From positions 106,020,001 through 106,084,000 of the forward strand of contig OZ024745.1 of NCBI GenBank assembly GCA_964016885.1: a stretch of DNA of 64,000 nt, in the 5' to 3' direction. The notes under the pieces are model-generated. The model was not told where the DNA came from. It did no database searches and saw only the letters and a list, made by a program, of their open reading frames with translations. Each line of letters starts with the position of its first letter. Positions within the stretch are counted from its first letter, which is position 1. This DNA is from Eledone cirrhosa (taxonomy: Eukaryota). Shown one piece after another: positions 59,154 through 64,000 of the stretch. The translations under genes and the position numbers were made by a program.

Positions 59154-60116
59154 TTTTAATAATATTGAATAGTTATGTATTGCCCAAGCATATACGTATA
59201 TGACTCAGTTGTCTGATATATTAGAACTTCGCCACACACGAAGCGCCTCGGAAATAATTTATATATCTTAATTATATGATGAATGTTGCTAAGCAGTGTT
59301 GGGCTAATGGCAAGCAAAATCTCTGAACTGGTTTCAGTGCCAGCTTATAATTATTTCCTCTATACAACGTCATTTTCGTCTTTATGAAATTCACGAACAT
59401 CACACTTTCATGTGCTTCTTCCTCTGATGTTATAATAGCTAATTACTCGAGAGAGTTAATATCCCATCAAGTAATTAACTTCATTTTTCTCCCTCGCTAA
59501 TATTAGATGAATAGAATATTGATTGATTCTTCGGTCAAAGGTTCAATAGCTATATTACTATGTTGATTACAAAACATTGATGTGTATATAAAATTCTATG
59601 TTGACTATGTTAATAGTTTCATAGTTTGTTTATTTGTGTGTATTTTGACCCCTTGCTATTGGAAAGTGATGCATTTAATTGACATGATCCCAGTGTATGA
59701 CTGGTATTGTTTGTCAGATGTCAGAGTTGTAAAATGTAGTCTTAATATTGTCCAGGTCAACAATGCTTAATTGTTGTCCCTAATTCTCAACATAAAGGTG
59801 CTTCAAGAAATAACAAACAGTCTGTTCTTTTAAAAGTCATGCCATTTCATGAATCGTTTCCTAAAACCGATAATAAATACAATCATCAAAATTCAACTCA
59901 AATGGAAAATATACAAAAGGTGTTCCAACAAAATAGGCTAAGCCTTCTAAATGTACACTTAACACAAAACCATGACCCAATTTAATGTGTTTTTTTTTTC
60001 TATAATCATTCTCAGTATAAGTAATAACCAGTTATCACAATATGTAGCAGTACAATAACAGTTAAATGATTTGAAGATCTAGGTATATATACAAACGTTT
60101 AAAAAAGCATGTTTTT

Positions 60117-60833
60117 TGGTTTTATAATTTCACAAATCTTTGCCAATAGAGAGTCGGTTTCTAACATAGATACAAGACTCTCTCATTGGAATTTACACAC
60201 CATGAACTAGGTAGATATAAATGCATGTCTGCATGCATGTGTGTGCAGGTATGGATGTTATTGTATGTGTGGATGTGTATGTTTTGAGTTATCTCAGTGA
60301 TTTTTTTCGGTAAATTGTTTTCGTTCCTTTGTGTTTGCTAAATTGGTTCTTTCCTTTCGGTATATTGTTGATGTTGTGTCTATCCATGCTGTTTTTAGCA
60401 AATCCTTGTAAAAATTGAATTATATATTTATTGAATTATATATTTAGTCGGATACCTCTACGAATTCGAATAAAAGGTGTCTTCAGTGGATATAGTAAGA
60501 AGGATATCAAGTTATTCACCACGACTGGTAGTTGTGGCATTACTGTCGGAGATAGTATTCATCTTAAATTTAATGAATAGTCCCCCACACCAAAATGTGC
60601 GACTGATCGTGTTGACTGACTGTCTATGTATGTATGTATGTATGTATGTATGTATGTATGTATGTTCTTCTGGTTTTATAATTTCACAAATTTTTTCCCG
60701 GTAGAGAGAGAGTCGGTTTCTAACATAGACACAAGACTCTCTCATTGTAATTTACACATTAGCTAGGTAGATTATGTATGCATGCATGCATGTGTAGATA
60801 TGGATGTTATTGTATGTGTGGATGTTTTGAGTT
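60117..60833. repeat. Diverged ~170-bp direct repeat (60117-60290 and 60671-60833)
   Basis: Shared tggttttataatttcacaaat...gagagtcggtttctaacataga.acaagactctctcattg...ggatgttattgtatgtgtggatg. Confidence 0.8.
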
Positions 60834-60951
60834 GCATGTGTGCATGTGTATATGCAGTTATTAGATGCAAAATATTTGGAATTATGTATGTATATATGTG
60901 TGTGTGTGTATATGTATACATGTCTATGTATGTGTGTGTGTGTGTGTGTGT

Positions 60952-60983
<32 letters not shown>

Positions 60984-63911
60984 TTGTGTAAGATCTAAAA
61001 ATATGTAATTAATAAATTCCACTTTGAATGATATTTATATGTAAATATCAGAAAGAGGCTTTCATATTACATTGTTACACTCTGTGGAAGATGATCGGAG
61101 AATGCGTTCCTCTTCAAATGTTCACTACCGACGCATATCGTATTGCTCGTTGCACTTTTGAACACCGTGTTGATATATTTGTTGATAATGATGTCTAGCA
61201 CGTGACACTGTAAAGCTGTCTGGTGTGATGTTAATACATTTCTCCTGAAATACTCTGTCAATATAACTGTTGTGTAGACTGCCAGTTGATCCCAGCATTT
61301 TGAGAGTTTTTACACTCCAGCCCAATAACGTAGTGAGATATTCCCTTGGTGTAAACGAAATGTTCCGATTTCCGTATGGTTTTAAGTCTCATATATTATT
61401 ATTTGACAAATTTGTTTAATACATTTATATCGTATATTTTCATCGATACTTAGGTATTTGTAGTATTCGTTTACTCGAAGAATTTGAAAGGTGGAAATAG
61501 AATTGCTGTAAACATTTGCGAAACTCTTTTTGACATATGTAATGCAAATAATTTCAGAGTTTCAATATCATCTTGTGGTCAGTTGCAGATGCTGTTACTA
61601 AATCCAGTTAGTTAACATTGTAAATACTTGTATTATATATCAATAGATCGTCAACAAAGAAATTATGTTACATTAGTTTTGATTACTTTTGTACACCAAA
61701 ACACATCTATCGCATTTTTCTAAATCAAGTGACAATGGATTTAGGGTCAAAATAAACAGAAACATAGACAGGCAGTCTCTTTGGAATATTCTTTTAAAAT
61801 ATAACATCGAATACCGTCCTACTGCTTTTAGTTACAAACTTCTTCATAGTAGCAACAAAGGAAGACGGGACGTTTGCAACATAACATGCCTATAAGATAT
61901 TTAGGAATGATTTCTTTGATATGTAATAACGTTACTGCTCACTAACACAGTGTAAAACATATTTTTCTTTGTTTTAATGAAGAGAATTCCAAGCATTTAC
62001 AAATATTTGAGTTAATTAGTTTGCACCTATATGTAGGTGTATGTACTTATATTCTTGTTATGAGATGACATGTTCCTTTATTATATAAGTGTTTGTGTGT
62101 GTTTGAGCGGTGTGTGAATGCACTTTATGTAGAAGTGTGTGCGTCATACACATTTACGAGGTTTTGTACATACTTTCTTCCCAGGAAAGTCAAATGGATG
62201 ATCTTAGGGAATGCTTGGTAAATCTTCACTGTACCACTACTTAATTTGAATTTGTAAGGAGCTTAGTAATATTTATTCTTTCTTAGGAATACACAGTCTT
62301 GTTGATAAACACATGTATACTTACAGAGCACCTATGATAATAGTTACAAAAGTTTATAACCAAGATAATAGAGTTACGTGCTTTGCATTACATCACCATA
62401 CATGCTCACTTTTTCCTTAACCTTAGATGATATATTCCGATGCTTTAGTCATCTAATCTGTACAATCTCTCTCGTTATCATGTCTGTTTTATTTGCACAA
62501 GATTGCTGGTTCTTATTTAAATGTTGCGCTATCGTTTTGTATATAAGGTTCTGGATACGTTTTAGTTCTGCTGTACATTTTGTATGAGCGTCAAGGTAAT
62601 TTTTCTTGTGGATAGCATTGTAAATAATATTTGCTTTTATAACATGTTTCTTAGAAATCTAGTACCATGTGGACATATTTGGACAGATGCTGATGGTGTA
62701 TAGCACTTAAATACAAGATTAATAAAAGGATAAGGATATCTATCCACCTACAAGTTGGCATAGAATTTGTCCATTATATATGCCTGATTTCTCCTCATCA
62801 TCAGCAGTTGTGCATAAATATCTACATGGTGCTACATTCCCACGAAACAGGACATAATATCATAACATGTGTGATGGTGAAAATGGATATAAAATAGTCC
62901 TCATTATCAATAGATCCAATTGATACAACCAGAGCAGTAGATATGTTATCAATATGTTATCAACATTTAGGCTTTAATCTCTTCAAACGATTATAAATTT
63001 CGTTGCACAAACCGTAATTTGAGTAATGTTTCTGAAGCAATATATACTAACAGTATAGACGTTATTGGCCATGCTTAAGATAGCTATAAATGGATGAAAA
63101 TGTAAAAACATTTTAGAGAACAACAAATAATGAAAATTAAAGAATAAGTAACAGACTAAAGTACAATGAAACACAACAAATATTGGAGAGGTAGGAAGCT
63201 GTTGAGGGAAAGTGATTGTAATACTTAGAAAGATAATGTCTGTAGGGAGTTAAAGCTTGGATTCCTCACCAAAATGTCAGCGGAAGAGCAGGCCATAGTT
63301 ACATGCAAAGAAGAGGAACGAGATGAACATTCACACAGAAACATTCTCAAATATAAAGTAGGTATGTATTTACGTGAATATATGACTGATTGTATTTATA
63401 TGTGTATATAACTCTTGCCAGCTGGAGTTTGGCTATAGCCAACTACACATGGTTGGATCACTGGCGAATAAAACGGAGAAACGGCAAGCCCTGCAGGAGA
63501 CCACAAACAATTCCTGTAAAGTAGAGAATGAATTCATGTGCATCAATTGCCTTATAAGTGAAAGCTTTCGCGACTCACTGGTTGCAATTGATGCTGCGCA
63601 TTGTCTGTGGTTATGAGGTGGTATCATGGTCTTGCTTGTATGAACGTGTGTGTCAACAAATACCTGTACATGATGTGCGTCTGTACGTATTTGTGTACGC
63701 GCATGGGTAGTTTCATCATTTATATAAAATGAATAAAGATAGATAATTTTGGCAAACGAAAAAAGATGAGTAAATTTAATAAGATGCAATATCCTTTATT
63801 TACATGAAGTATTTTTCTATGCAATTAAGTTTTCAATTTTTTGTTAATCAATTGTTTTTTATAGAATTATTCTTTAAACTTTTGTGCTTTTATTATTCTG
63901 GATGAGCTAGG

Positions 63912-63980
63912 GTGGTGTATTGGCATTATTGGTAGAGCGTCAGACACCATGCTTTGCAGCATAGAGTTATGTCCCTTTAA
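63912..63980 (+). mobile_element. SINE family A head fragment
   Basis: attggcattattggtagagcgtcagacaccatgctttgcagcatagagttat. Confidence 0.65.
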
Positions 63981-64000
63981 GTCCATTACTGGTGCTTTAT

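Noticed and set aside
61067-63789. Short minus-strand ORFs with normal composition
   Set aside because: No recognisable domain or convincing splice pattern.

Overview
This is AT-rich, microsatellite-dense eukaryotic DNA. The tRNA-derived SINEs and repeat landscape suggest a coleoid cephalopod, probably Octopus (inference). Almost all ORF-track entries are microsatellite artefacts. The only host coding sequence I recognise is the terminal exon of a MARCH2/3-type RING-CH E3 ligase (36974-37744, +). The rest is mobile DNA: a decayed mariner, an RTE LINE with a 5' inversion, two non-autonomous Helitrons, about 12 SINEs and many Penelope-like element (PLE) derivatives. The dominant signal is about 16 intact or near-intact type I hammerhead ribozyme (HHR) motifs from roughly ten unrelated sequence families, plus degenerate ones. 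Most sit in head-to-head fold-back cassettes inserted into (TA)n tracts. These cassettes share one architecture: 5' ends joined at the centre, HHRs pointing outward, and one arm carrying an extra 3' tail. Tails of unrelated families share a YGAGTR motif about 40-60 nt from the 3' end. A 2.8-kb PLE with RT and GIY-YIG remnants (52630-55451) has the same architecture and shows the likely origin. All structures were read by eye and none was computed or tested.
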